Positions 33,075 through 46,559 of a stretch of DNA of 64,000 bases are shown piece after piece. This stretch comes from the human T2T-CHM13v2.0 reference genome, Homo sapiens. Positions within the stretch are counted from its first letter, which is position 1; every line of letters begins with the position of its first letter. Both the position numbers and the translations under genes were made by a program. Location: NCBI RefSeq assembly GCF_009914755.1, contig NC_060938.1; one strand, 5' to 3'. The notes below the pieces were generated by a model. It did no database searches. It was given only the letters and a program-made list of their open reading frames with translations, and had not been told where the DNA came from.

Positions 33075-33944
33075 CCTACTTCTGCTTCCTAAAGATCTCC
33101 CTTCTCAGGCTGCAGCACGCCAGGGCGGAGTTGAGATTCTGGCCACTCAGGCCACCAGGGTATCTATTAAGTCCTGGGTAAGAAACAGAATTTTGAGCTT
33201 AGTCAGCTACAGGGGGCTGAAAAGGAATGAGACTGAAACATGGATAATTTTAAAGGAGGTATGTTTGTTTAGTGGGGATGGGGTAGGCTGGGGGCTTGTT
33301 CATGAACTGAACTTTAAATTTTGCTCTTTCCTATACCTAGTTCTGTCATGTATTGGAGGATCAAAAAAAAGTGTGCTGGTGACTGAGGTTCTGGTTCCAG
33401 CCACCAGCTGTGTGCCTTTGGACAGATCACTTTTCTGGGCTCCTTTCTGTATCTATAGAGGTTTGAATTAGATGTGCTGTAAGGGCCCTCCTAGCTGTAG
33501 CATTCTGTAATCCACCCCACTGTTTCCTTATGTGGCCCTTTCCCTTGAGTACTGTGTACTTTCTGCTTTGTTGCACACTCTCGTCCCACCCCCAGCGCTG
33601 GGAATGGAGACTGCATGGAAAGAAGGGTAATGAGGGAAGCAGGATGCCACACCATGGCCTCATTGACTAGGGAGAAGCCTGCTCTCTCCATCTGGTGTCA
33701 GAATACCTGTCTCACCAGAGATGTCTGTGTGTGGGGAGCTCACATTTCCCTATCGCCCAGTCCACTGAATAATCAGAAAGAGAGAAGGGAAATCTGTATG
33801 TTTAACCACATTGCCAGTGCTCTAGGATTTAATAGGAGATAAGTGTAAAAGGGAAATGAGGCAAGTGTGCCAGGTGTTGTAGATGGGAGGATATTGAGTG
33901 GGGAAAGACTGTTTCTCATTTTAAGGATAAAGAAATTAAGATTT

Positions 33945-34048
33945 TATACATATATACACACACACACGTATATATACATATATACGTATATATGTGTGTA
34001 TATATACATATGTATATATACACACATATATGTATGTATATATGTATG
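33945..34048. repeat. Compound (TA/CA/TG)n microsatellite
   Basis: Alternating purine-pyrimidine tract, quasi-palindromic. Confidence 0.9.
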
Positions 34049-35426
34049 TAATGGAGAATTGAATTGGGTACTTTGAAAAAAAAACCTTAAACCAATAAGT
34101 AAAAATACTCTTTCTGTGTTTTGTGTGTGGGGTTGTAACAGCCCAAGAATATTGGAGGCGTCCACACTGTTAACGTGTTCTTACCCATCCATGAGTGCTA
34201 AGACATGAAGAACTCACAGGGAGACAGGGAAGCATCTCCGGAGCCTGTTTTGTATAACCCTGACATGCCTTGGACTTTGTCCTGCTTGCCTTTGCCTTTG
34301 CCTGGGCATCAGCTAGACAGACATGTGCAAAATGTAAAGTTTGCATTTTATAAGCTGCTGAAGACATTTCTTTCTATATCTCCATCCCCTATGACCTGAC
34401 AGAAAATACAATTTCTAGTCCATCCTTGTGCTTAGTTTCAGTCCCAAAGTGGATTGGCTTTTCATTGTGTAACACAGATTTGTATCAAATGTGTTCATCT
34501 TGGAGCTCTTTCCACAATAATCACCTAGATCTAGACATGAGCCCCTGCTTTTACCAAATTGGGGTCCTTTTGTTGTTTGTTTCAGAAAAAGTAGGCAGCT
34601 AGCCAAACAGGAAGCTCAACTACATTTCTCTGCCCTCTCCTCGATGGACCCTAACTTTATCTAAAATTCTGAAATTTCTCCTTATATCCCATGGAATCAA
34701 CTAAAGCCCTGTTGGCTGGCTTCGTTTCTTTTTAATCACGATATGTATGTTTGGCCCTGGAGGTTTGGTAAGCCTGAGCTGTTGCACATATGGCTGCCTC
34801 TGAGTTCTTGGACACAATGAGCAGGACTAAAGTTGGCTACAAAAAGGAACAGAAGATGACTTAGGTTAGTTTTTCTTTTTTAAATGTTATACAAGTGCAG
34901 AGCACTTGGCTGCCATCCCCCTCTCAGACCATCAACAGAACTTGACCTTGGCCAAGATTTTGCCTCATCCTCTCGGCATTTCAGCATAGAGTTGCGTTTC
35001 AGCCATGGAATGCTTAACCAAAAGCACATGCTGTAGTGGTGGTTTCCAAAGAGTAAGTTTTTGCAAAAAGTCCACATAATGTTTCCTCATAACAGCAGCT
35101 TTCTCTGAACCACCAACCCAACAAACCTCTAAGTGGTGATTTTTTGGCTTATTTGTCCACAAGGACTGTGATTTTTTGTTTTGTTTTTAGCAATACTTTA
35201 TTAAAGTGCAGTATAAGTAACATATGATAAAGTGCACACATCTAAGAATACAACTCAATGAATTTTGACAAATGCATATATCCATATAACCACCAGGGGC
35301 TGGTGTTTTTAATATTTTGTGAAGCACCTATTCTAATGATGTACGTTTTGGGATTGGAAGGTTGTGCATTCTTCTAGCTGAGAAAATTACTATAAAACAG
35401 TAAATCCAGATCAAAATGTGATGAAG

Positions 35427-35621
35427 ATCCACCTGCCACAGAGAAAGTATTAATAGAATATAAGGCTAGGGTGTAGGAGAAGTGGCCCAGGAAAGCCATC
35501 CATGCAAATTTTGTTTCCTTCCTACTTGAGAGGGTTGGGGATGAGAGGTCCGTCCTTCCCTGGCTCATAAGCCCATGAGTTGTGTAAAACACTGTTCAGT
35601 AAGGCAGAATATAAGTCCTCT
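35427..35621 (+). repeat. Inverted repeat 1, left arm (195 bp)
   Basis: Reverse complement of 36461-36655; 9 mismatches, no indels (manual alignment). Confidence 0.95.
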
Positions 35622-36460
35622 TATATATTGAGTCCAGACAGTTTTCCCTTTTGTCACATCTAGTGGATTTGGTTATTGCAAAGCTTCATGTTTGTTTTTA
35701 GTAAGTTAATTTTTAAAAATAGGTAAAATGTGCACATAGTATAAAATTTTTAAAAAACATATAATGAAAATCGCTCCAGTCTTTCTGCCCTCCTTGAAGG
35801 CAACCAGTGTTACTATTAATTTGCATCCCTCAGAGAGATTGTATGTGTGTGTGGTTTTGTTTTGTGTTTTAATTCCCAGGTTTCTTATTTGGTCGCGAAC
35901 CAATAATATTCTCCACCCCTTTGTTTCACACTTTAGGCTCTAGTTTAGGGCATTTATGCAGAAACGTTTTGGATACTGCAGCCTGAGTAGGACTACTTCT
36001 TTTTGTTCTGTACCACGAAGTTCATCCTCTATATCTGTCAGCTGGTTCAAAAGTTCATGTTTCTCACAGGATTGGCCATGGGTTGAGAATCACTGAAGCT
36101 GTGTGTTTATCATAGTGGGCCCCCTCTCTCTCTCTCTATATATATATATTTGAAATTTTCCATTAAAAATGTTCTTTAAAAACTCAGTCTTTTGTTTGTT
36201 TTAAAGTAATGCTTAGTTGCAACCTAAAAGCAAACCATAGATTAATCTCTAGACAGAACCCCCTGCCCCACCATCCAAGTCAGACATTCAGAGTTCCCAA
36301 TTTGCAAATTGTGACCTAGGATGGTTATTCACCTTTACAAGCCATCCTTCTGTTTAAACATAGGATTGACTTCAAATTTATTTTGAAAAGCCAGCTTCTC
36401 TGGCAGGTAAAATTTGATTTATACACTAATTCTTTCAAGAATATGAATATCATGCACAAC

Positions 36461-36655
36461 AGAGGGCTTATATTCTGCCTTCTTGAACAGTGTTTTACAC
36501 AACTCATGGGCTTATGAGCCAGGGAAGGAAGGACCTCTCATCCCCAACCCTCTCAAGTAGGAAGGAAACAAAATTTGCATAGATGGCTTTCCTGGGCCAC
36601 TTCTCATAGACCCTAGCCTCATATTTTATTAATACTTTCTCTGTGGCAGGTGGAT
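36461..36655 (-). repeat. Inverted repeat 1, right arm (195 bp)
   Basis: Reverse complement of 35427-35621. Confidence 0.95.
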
Positions 36656-39101
36656 AAGGAGTCAGGTCTTCTCCAAATTAGAACTTCCCAAAGATACACA
36701 GTCCAGAGAAAGGAGCGAGGCTGTTGGTGTTTTCCAATTCAAGTCCCGTATGGTTTCCCTAGGGCCATTTTACCCTTGATGCCTTTTCATGCTCGCTCCT
36801 TTGTCTTGCCATAGTCTAAACACCCAAGGCCTCTCAGTCATCATTAAGAATATTCCCACTGGTCAGGGAGTGCCCTTTGAGCGTGCCCTTAAGAGCAGCT
36901 GTCAGATTTGAGCAGCATCTGCTTTCTGACAAGCTTGAAAACAGGATGAAGGAAGCCATTGAGTATTTCCCAGTGGAAATGGTACCACAAGCTGCCTTTG
37001 GGACTGTGTTCAATATGCGAGGAGTTTAGTGGCCTGGCAGCTTAGGTGGGGGTGGGGGATGTAAGTGTGGGTCATTCAGGATGGAGCAGGGATCTTCCCC
37101 ATCCTGAATGGTCTCAGCCATGTCATCCATGCAGGGTCCTGATGCTGGAATCCTTCCCTCTCCCTCAGCCTTCGGCTCCAGCCTTTTCTGGGCAGGGAAA
37201 CAGAATGAGGCAAAATGCCTGGTGTGTTTTAAATAGATTCTTCTTGTGGCAGCCAATGAGTCCAACAGCTTGGAAGGTGAGTGACCCTTCCCGAGAGACT
37301 TATGTTGTGCCATTTCTCTTGTCCCTAGCCCCTGGAATACTGACCACCTCGACCCCTCCTGCTGTCCTCCCCTTCGACCTAAACTCCAGTGATGTTAGCC
37401 ATCCTCCTGCTGCTCCCTAGATGGACTGTCTTCAGGCTTTTCTGGTTTTAGTATTTATTACACTTCCCACTTGGCTTTTTCTGTCCCCAAAGCTGATTTT
37501 CCTCGTGCTATTTGTCCACTCCACCCAGTGCACATCCCCATCTGCTGCTGCTTGTCTGACTGTCATGGCTTCCCGATGATCTTCTTGCCTCCACCTTCCC
37601 GTGGCCTGCTTGGGGACAGCCCAGCCCCACCTGGGCCTGTGTGCAGCTGGGGAGGCAGGAGAGGCTGCTCATTGCAGTGGCAAACACTGGGGCCTGCAAT
37701 GTGAGGTCAGCAGTCAGTGCTCCAGCACAGCCAGGACACCCCAGATTGAGCATGGGCAGCGTGCAGAGCCATTTTCAAAAGAGTATCTTTTAGCAAAGAG
37801 AGTTAGGACTTCAGAAGACCAATGTGGCCTCTTCCCACCCTATCCACGGAGACCACTTACAAGACCTAAGCATCATGATCTCTGGATTCCCAGTAAGGGG
37901 TCATACAAAGGAAGGACATGAATATTTTTTACTTGCTAAGGGGAGATTGGCTGTGTTGATTCTGGAAAGATGTAGGGTATGGGGTATGTGAATGGACGGT
38001 AGAGGCTCCTACCTCGAACAATCTCGGTTGTGGGGCAAGTGAGAGCTCCAGACTAGGAAGCAGACCTCAGTGATGATGGCTATTCTTGGCAGTGTGGCAG
38101 TGCCATAAGTCGGTGAAACAGGTAATGGGGGGGATCAGAAATCTGAGGAGGGGCATAGAGAACATAGGACACACAAGTGATGGGCCAGCACCCATTAAAG
38201 GTTAGAATCAAAAGAGGAAGGTCAGGTGGAGGCTGGATGTCATGAGGGAAAGTTGATGAGGAGCAGGCACTGGGGAGACCAGGGCAGTGGGACCCTGCCA
38301 GAGACCCTGCAGCTCAGCTCTGCCACATGGAGGCAAGCAGTTTGGGGATAAGGCCAGGAACAAAGGGATCTGTGAGGACCCTGTCTCCTACTCATCTCTT
38401 GCCCTTTTATTATTTTTTATGAGCCTGTCCTCATGTTATATTAGTAGTAGAAAACAAACAAAGGCAGTCTGCATTTGAAAGGGGATGGCACAGCCTGGAG
38501 AATTTAAGGCTGGATGTACTTCCCCTTTTGCTGAATTCTTAGGCCTCTTTGCCCATCTGCTGCTGGAGCTATGGGGCCAGTCCCTTACTGGAGCACTCTG
38601 AATGGAATCCCTACACAGCTCGACAGCTCAGATGAGTGCCGGCGGCAGGGGTAGCCAGCAGCGGGTGTGCACCCACAGAACCCCTCCAGGCCCATGGGGC
38701 AGCCGGGGGAGCAAGGCTGTTGGCCAGCCTGGCTAGAGAGGGACCCTTAGGGAGGGTCTGGTCTGAAGGCAGCTTCCAGCGTGTGACTCCAGCTCAGTCA
38801 CTGGGCTCCTCTTCCCCTAGGCACTGAGCTGCAGAGAGGCCTGAGGTAGAAGAAAGAGGAAGGAAAACTTTTTTCTTGCTGGAAAAGAATTTTAGGTAAA
38901 GAGGTAAAAAAAATTGAAAAGGCACAAAGGGTATACAATGAAGGTCTCTCTCCTACTCATGCTCCCCTCAAACTCCCCTCCTCAGAGGCATCCCCAGATG
39001 TACCAATTTCTTGTACATTCTTCCAATTTCTCCTTTTTTAGTCTGCTGTAATCCAGAAGTTTCCAGATTCTTGAACAAATGGACTATTTTCAGTTGTTGG
39101 G

Positions 39102-39102
<1 letters not shown>

Positions 39103-39137
<35 letters not shown>

Positions 39138-39148
39138 CTGTGTGTGTG
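39103..39148. repeat. (TG)n microsatellite
   Basis: TG run with interruptions at its 3' end. Confidence 0.9.
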
Positions 39149-39451
39149 TAAGATGTAGAGGGGGGGATCAAATGATAATAAAGAAAATTGTATCCTAGTT
39201 GATTGCCCATCATTCTTGCTGAGGCAGGGAATGGTTTAAAACATTAAAACAAGTAAATAGAATTCTAAAATGCTAGCACTTGAAAGGACCTTCCAAGTAC
39301 TTTTTTCTTTCTTCTTTTCTTTTTTCTTTTCTCTTCTTTTCTTTTTCTTCCTTCCTTTTTTTCCCAAAGCCCTCCCCATAAACATGAGGAAGAGGCCCAG
39401 ATAAGTGACTTTTCCAGGGTCACCATGCTAGCTGACAGCATATCAGCTACT

Positions 39452-39551
39452 GAAGTGGAAATTAAAGCAGTGTTCCTGGAATTGGTATGTATCTTGAAGC
39501 TGTCAGTATGGCTGAAGATATCCATCGATATATTCTGAAGTGTCATTTCTA
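39452..39551 (+). repeat. Inverted repeat 2, left arm (100 bp)
   Basis: Reverse complement of 40450-40549; 14 mismatches, no indels. Confidence 0.9.
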
Positions 39552-40449
39552 AAACCCAGGTTTCCCATCTCCCAGTTGTCCCAGTTGCCCAAGAAAATAC
39601 TGCGTGCTCCATCTTTAGGTAGTGGTCTTTGTAAAGATAAGTGATTCAGAGGTGGAAGGAAAGACAAGTGATCAGACATGGATTTAGAAATTTTCTCCGG
39701 TGGACACAAATAGGAGGAAAGAAATTAGTAATTCCAGGAAAAGCCTGAAGTCAAATTCCAATTGAAAACAGAGCCTGTGCACACATGCACCCGCCCACCC
39801 ACCCATACACAAGTACTGGCAGAAGACAGAAGATGGCTGCCGGCAAAGTCTATTGTCTGTCTGTCCTGCTGGGCTCCGGGCTGAGATTCAGGGTCCAGGC
39901 AGAGGCTGTGAGAGGCAGCATAGCGCCATCCCTCTGCCAAAAAACTTGCAGCCCTCTGGCTTACTGTCACTGGGCAGGTATTTTCTTGTTGGGCAAAAGG
40001 GATAAATGTCAACTTAGACTGGACAACTAAGAAGACAAGCTGTGCATGGGGAGGATGTGCCTGGCCATGCCACCATGGAGCTCTGCCACCACTGGCTCCA
40101 TGAGCACTGATAGACAGCCCCAGCTGTTTCCTACCACCTACCAGGAGGAAACTCCATAAAATTTACACGCTGATAAAATGGCAGGATGATATTTTAAAAT
40201 CCTCCCTGTTTTGGCATCAGCTCCAGACACTGTGAGCAATTTCAGTGTCCAAGCCAGACTGATGGGCCTTTTGATGGCTTCAGAGGGTGGCTTCAGTGAG
40301 AAGGGGACATGTAGGACTGTAAACATTGGCTGTAAAAGCCTTCAATTGCTTTGAAATGGTAAATTTCCAGGCAATGTAGATCTGATGTTATATGCCTCCT
40401 GCATTAACAGCTTTTTCTTCCCGTTCAATTATTTTGACTGGTAAGGGAG

Positions 40450-40549
40450 TAGAAATTACACTTCAAAATATATCGATGGATATTTTCAGCCTTGCTGAGA
40501 GCTTCAAAATATGTACCAATCCTGGGAACATTGCTTTAATTTCTACTTC
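40450..40549 (-). repeat. Inverted repeat 2, right arm (100 bp)
   Basis: Also visible in the ORF track: TLQNISMDIFS occurs in both 39265..39612(-) and 40392..40595(+). Confidence 0.9.
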
Positions 40550-41043
40550 CCAGTTTCACAAGGAAAATGGAGATATCAATTATAAGCACCATTAAACTGA
40601 AGGAAATGCAGGACCAGGACTATGGATCTCTCTTCAAATTCTCTTTGGTCTTGTCACCTGACCTTTTTGATATGGAGACAAATTTTATTCAAACCCTAGG
40701 TCAAGGGGTCCATCCTGGGTTTCCCGATAAAGCAATGAGTATTCCTAAGAGACTGGGTCCAGGGACTTGAATTAAGGCATCTGACAGAGGCAGAAAAAAA
40801 TGCCAGTTTTCTGTCTCTCCATCTTCACACGAGGCATCCAGAAGCCCTCATCTCTGACAACATGGCCTTTCTGCCATGCCTAGGTGCTGGGTACATAGGC
40901 AGCCACCCAGCAACATGTTCACCCCAGTTGTGTTTCTGGCTTTCTCATCTCTACCTGACTGGCGACGTCCACTCTCCCTGAGCTCCATATCTGGATTTAT
41001 AGATGCCTTCCTGGACCGACCACAGACAACTCAAGTTCACTGA

Positions 41044-41564
<521 letters not shown>

Positions 41565-44500
41565 CTCATCTTGTGATTATCTATGTGTATTTCCCCATTG
41601 TCAATTACTGGACTCTTCAGAGGCTACAACCAGATTCTATTAATTTTTGTATCCCCAGTACCTAGAAGTGCCTGGCATGGTAGGTGTTCAAGAAGGAAAG
41701 GAAAGGAAGGGACTGGAAATTCCACGCCAATGGGCAATCAAGCACTGGCTTTACAGTCTGAGTGGGCTATTTGGCATTTTCATGGGACAGAATGGGGAGT
41801 AGCAGCAGCTGCCACCCTCAATATTCATTCATTCATTTACTCTGCCTAGATATTTAGCGAGTGCTGCCAAGATGCCCAACACTGTGCTAGAAACTCATGA
41901 TACATAAAAGGAGGCTGCCAGTCTCTGCTTAGAGGAGCTCCCATTCAAGGGAAAGACAGGCATGTGGTAGGCACTAACCTGGCATCTTGGGCCATGTAGT
42001 CTGATCTGAGGACCTTGGCCACCCAGCTCTGCAGAGGCTACGGAGAAGGGGAAGTGACTCAGGAGAAGGTAGTGGAGACGGGAAGGTCAGAGAGGCCTTG
42101 GAAAGGGCTCTGCCTCTGGGATCAACTCTGCTGAGGAGTGGTTTTATTTATGTATTTCTCCTTTGTACAAATTCCTTGCTTGTTAATGAAAATCATTTGA
42201 CACATTTCTAATTAGCCTGCAGCCTCTGCAATCCTATTATTCCCAAATGCAACACCTGGGTTATTTCATGATCCCTGGTAACATTTATGGTTCTTGCAGT
42301 TGTCCACCAGAATTGGGGTCATTCCTTCTGCTACTTCTCATGGGACCACAAAGGACTTTCTCTCCCCCCTCATCCTGGGGCAGGAAGGTTTGGCCCTGGC
42401 TCCATGACTTGGGGAGGAAGCACTGGCAGGGGACTCCCTACACTGGCCCGCCCTGACCCTAAACGAATCACCCCCTTTGTCTGTGCTCTAGTCCTGTACT
42501 CATTTCTCAAGTGCTTGGCTTAAGAGAGAAGTGCATTTTTTCATAGAGCTACACTGCCTTTTCTCCTCCTTCCCTCTTCCTCTCCCTTCCTTCCATCAAC
42601 AAATAACTATGCGATCGCATTCCAAGGGCTTCAGACAAACAAACAAACAAAAAAACAAATACTACACACTAACAAGCATGTACTATTTGCCACTACTATA
42701 GGCACCGGGGAAACAGTGGTAAGGAAAATATACAAGAACCCCAGTCCTCTTGGAATTTTTACTCCAGTGGCAGAAACTAATAAGTAAGAAACCAGGGTTA
42801 TCAGACAAGTAGGAGGAGGAGGATTGACAATAAGAAAACTGCCAAGTTCCTTTCAAAGAGCTAAGTCCTTTCCTCCATCTATAATGGTTTATAGAAACTA
42901 CCTTATAAATATCTTTTCCTTAGAGACGATTGGTGCATTGAGTGCGCTCAGCTGGCAGTGGGCAGCGCATGCTCCACTTTATGCTGGCACCTCCGTGGGC
43001 ATCAGTCTCCTCCCCTGTGGAAGGGGGATGATTGCGCCTTCCTCACAGGGTCGTTATGAGTATTCTGAGATCGTGTATCAGCACATTGCCTGTTGCTTGG
43101 TAACATACATTCTGTCCACCATCCCTGCCTTCTTTCCTGCTTAGAGCAGACATGGGCCAGTAAGGGTATCCAATCAGGTCCCTTCCCTACCTTCTGGGCC
43201 CTGCTGCTGTGGACAGAGCAAGAGCTTCTGAGCTGGCCCAGCACCTCAAATGGGAGGCTGGGGCCCTGCTCTGTGCCTCTCCCCTGCCTTGCCTCCAGCC
43301 TGCTCAGCAGAGGCTCTGGAAGATGCAGCCACCCACCCACGGGCAGGACAGTCTATGACTGCTGGACATTAGCCATGGCCAAAGAGGCTGGCATCAGGTC
43401 TGTTCTTGGCAGCAATAGTGAGCAGTCCCTTTCAGGAGGCCCCTTTCACCTCCAGCAGCCAGCAACAGCCTGCAGGAGAGAGCCCCTGGGGGGTGCTTAT
43501 GAGGCACTGGATTTTACATGACTTTATTTCATCCTATCTTTCCCAACAAAGTTGTGAGGTAAGAGCTGTCAGTGCCCCATTTTGCAGTTGAGGAAACTGA
43601 GGTTAAGAATTTGCCCAAACCACTCTCTTAATTTGTGACAGGATCAGCATTCAAGTTCAGGTTGTCCAATTCCAGAGCCAGGGCCTTACACTGAGCTGTA
43701 CCCTTTCCCCCTCGGTTATCCACTCCTCCACAACCCCCACACCAAAGGCCCAGAGGCAGAGAGCTCCCTGGGGCATCTGGGAGCCCCAGGGGCATGTGGA
43801 ACTTTGCCCAGCTTACCCTGAGTGCTGGCTTTGACAGCTTTAAAACAATATGAACTGTGCCTAAGAGAAATCCTGAAAAGGAGGAAATGCAAGTTCAAAG
43901 TGGCACAGTTGGTGAGACCCCCCCACCCCAGGACATCTTATATCCCTCCTTTTATGGATGAGAAAACGGAGAACTGTGGGCAGGGAAAGTGAGACTCCTG
44001 CATACAGAAATTCAGACCACACTGCAGATTTCCCAGTGGCCTCAGAAGCCCTGTACTCGTACCCAGACACAAGCGTTGAAAATGGCACAGGACTTAAACC
44101 GAGCTTCACCACTTACTTGCTGTAGGATTCCAGGCAAGTTGAGTAGCCGTTGAGCTTCAGTGTCATCATCTGCAGTTGGGGATATGATCATCCTTAGCTC
44201 AGGGTTGTAGGGGCTTTAGAGACAGTATAGGTGACAGTACCTGGTAGGTACTGAGTAAACTGCAGCTATTATGATGACTCTTGTTTTCACAGTTCAAAGT
44301 ATGTGAAGAAACAGTGAATTCCTTAGGTGTTGCTTTGATTCTGTGATGCTGCTGGAGTCCATTCCTAGTACCAGAGAGGAAACAACACTCATTGTCATTT
44401 CTGAGCATTGAAACCTATCCCAGGGAGGGCCAGTTCTGCACCCACTTGGGATTACAATCTGAAACGAAGACCACAGACTGTAGCCAAGGTGGCAATTCCT

Positions 44501-46559
44501 GGTCTTTAGCTCTGCCAGAGTGCCTATGGCTTCAGGCACATTACTCCACCTCTGTCTATGTGGAATTCCTGTCAGTCAAATGAGCATGGCAATTACTTGC
44601 TGTCTTACCCCCACCCCACCCCCATCATCCCCCAGGGAAGTGCCCAACTAAGGAACAACTGTGGTGAAGTCATCTAGAGAGGCTACGCTTCACTTCTGTG
44701 CAGTCTTTCTGGTGGTGGGGGCCAAGCAAACCTTCTCTCAGGGACAGAACTACCAGGAGTGACCATTTGGGGCAGATATATAGCATCCTCACCACTGAGC
44801 CCTGGGCAGTAAGTGGTGAGATGTGAGAAACCCTGCCACATTCCAGCCCATCCCACCCCTCCCTCCTTCCCCCCATGGAGCCTTCCTTTTGGAGTCACCA
44901 GAAGCCCCAACTGTCTGGTTTCAGTCAGCATGGTCCAGCTTCATCCCCGTGCCGAGGGGTGAGTTTGGAGCCTTTTACCAGGAGGTGATAGGTGATGTGA
45001 TGTCTTCGAATCCCACATCCAAAGGCAACTAGAGATGCACAGACCAGGCTGGGATGAGGGGAGCAGCCTATGACAACAGGGCTACTCCCCAAGTTTTCAC
45101 CTGGCTCACCTGAGAGATGTGTGAAAATGGGGGCACCAGGAGGGTAGTTCCCTTACATTTTCTTGGTTGACCTGAGAGGCCTGTGGAGCCTGATTCCCAA
45201 GGAGCAAGGTCTTTCCTGGCCTCCCACAAATGGCACCGCTGGATCTGCCCCATGATTCCTGCGGAAACCAGATGGAGGTTTGGCAGTGGTTTTCTCCATC
45301 TATGCAAACAAGCCCTGGCCCCTGGCGCAGTCTTATTAAACTCCCCAGGGGAGAGAGACCTGGGAGAGCATCTGGCGTCTCCAGACTCCTGCCCCTGTTG
45401 TGACTGCCACACCTTATGCCTGAAATTCCCTGCTACTTGTGTAGACCCTTTGTGAGGCCCTCTTTGTGCATTCTCTTCTTTCTAGGTCCCATTCCTGCGT
45501 GGGTCACTTTTGGACTTGTCTAAGTGTCATCGTAATTAGTCTTCTGAGTGAGGATATCGTATTGCAGTAATGACCCTGGGTTTTCCTCAGCAAAAACCCA
45601 ACTAGGGTTTCTTCACCTCAACAGAAATGTATTGAGCATCTATTATATGTGCGGTTCAGTCTCGAGTGCTGGAGAAATGGAGAAAAGCCACCTGATTTTA
45701 CTTCTATCTGTCAGGGTGGTGCTCATGGGATGCTTGTGGGGGGGCATGATGCTGTGACTTCAGTTTGCCTGATTCCCCAGATGGCTTCATTTAGAGGCTG
45801 GACCCTATGTGGGTCTTCGGAGTAGCCATGGTGTCCAGCAGTGCCAGCAGGAAGCAGACTCCTCAACAACTCTGCCCCGGCATTCAAGGACCTCCTGAGT
45901 TCAGACTCACCCAGCCTGGCCAACCTCAACTCCTATCAAATCCTAGGCCCCCTGCAACGCCTGGCAGCTCTCTCTCTTGAACACATCAAGCTCTTCCATC
46001 CTCTGGATTTTTGCAAGGCCTATTTCTGCAGTCTCTCCCCTGTCCTCACCTCCCCCTTCCTTACCTCTTAAGTGATTCATCCACCTTTCTGAGAGCTTTC
46101 CCAAAGGCCACCTTACAATAAATTATTTCTTCCTCTGTTGGATCCCTACTTTGTTGTTACACATCTATTCATTGAGCGCTCTGTGCCCGACACTGTGCTG
46201 GTTTCCTAAAACTCATCCAAGCCTCTTGCTTTCTGCCTGGAGTGAAGAGTAGTTCACGTTCTGATTCTCAGTGCCTCTAGGGCTGGAGCGGAATCTTAAT
46301 GTCTGTGTCCTCGTCTCTCACCACCGCGTTTTGCACTTTGTCGAAAGGTGTCAGATGGTGAGATGGCTTCTAGACTGGGCTCTGCCCACTAATTAGCTGT
46401 GTGGCCTTGGGAGAATCATCCGGCCTCTCTTGCTGCCCTTCTTTCCGATGAAATAATGCTGACGATGATATTTCAGGGTTGTCCAGGGGTCAATGAGGCG
46501 GGATAGAGGGAGGCATCGTGAAATCTGGGAGCCCCAGGCCAGCGAAAAATGTGGAAGGG

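Noticed and set aside
32803-33471. 222-aa ORF and other ORFs with [19 protein letters not shown] motifs
   Set aside because: Alu-derived translation artefacts.
35427-36655. Inverted repeat 1 as a MITE/DNA transposon
   Set aside because: No TSD and no CAG/TA-type termini; the spacer looks like ordinary old genomic DNA. Kept only as an unexplained inverted duplication.
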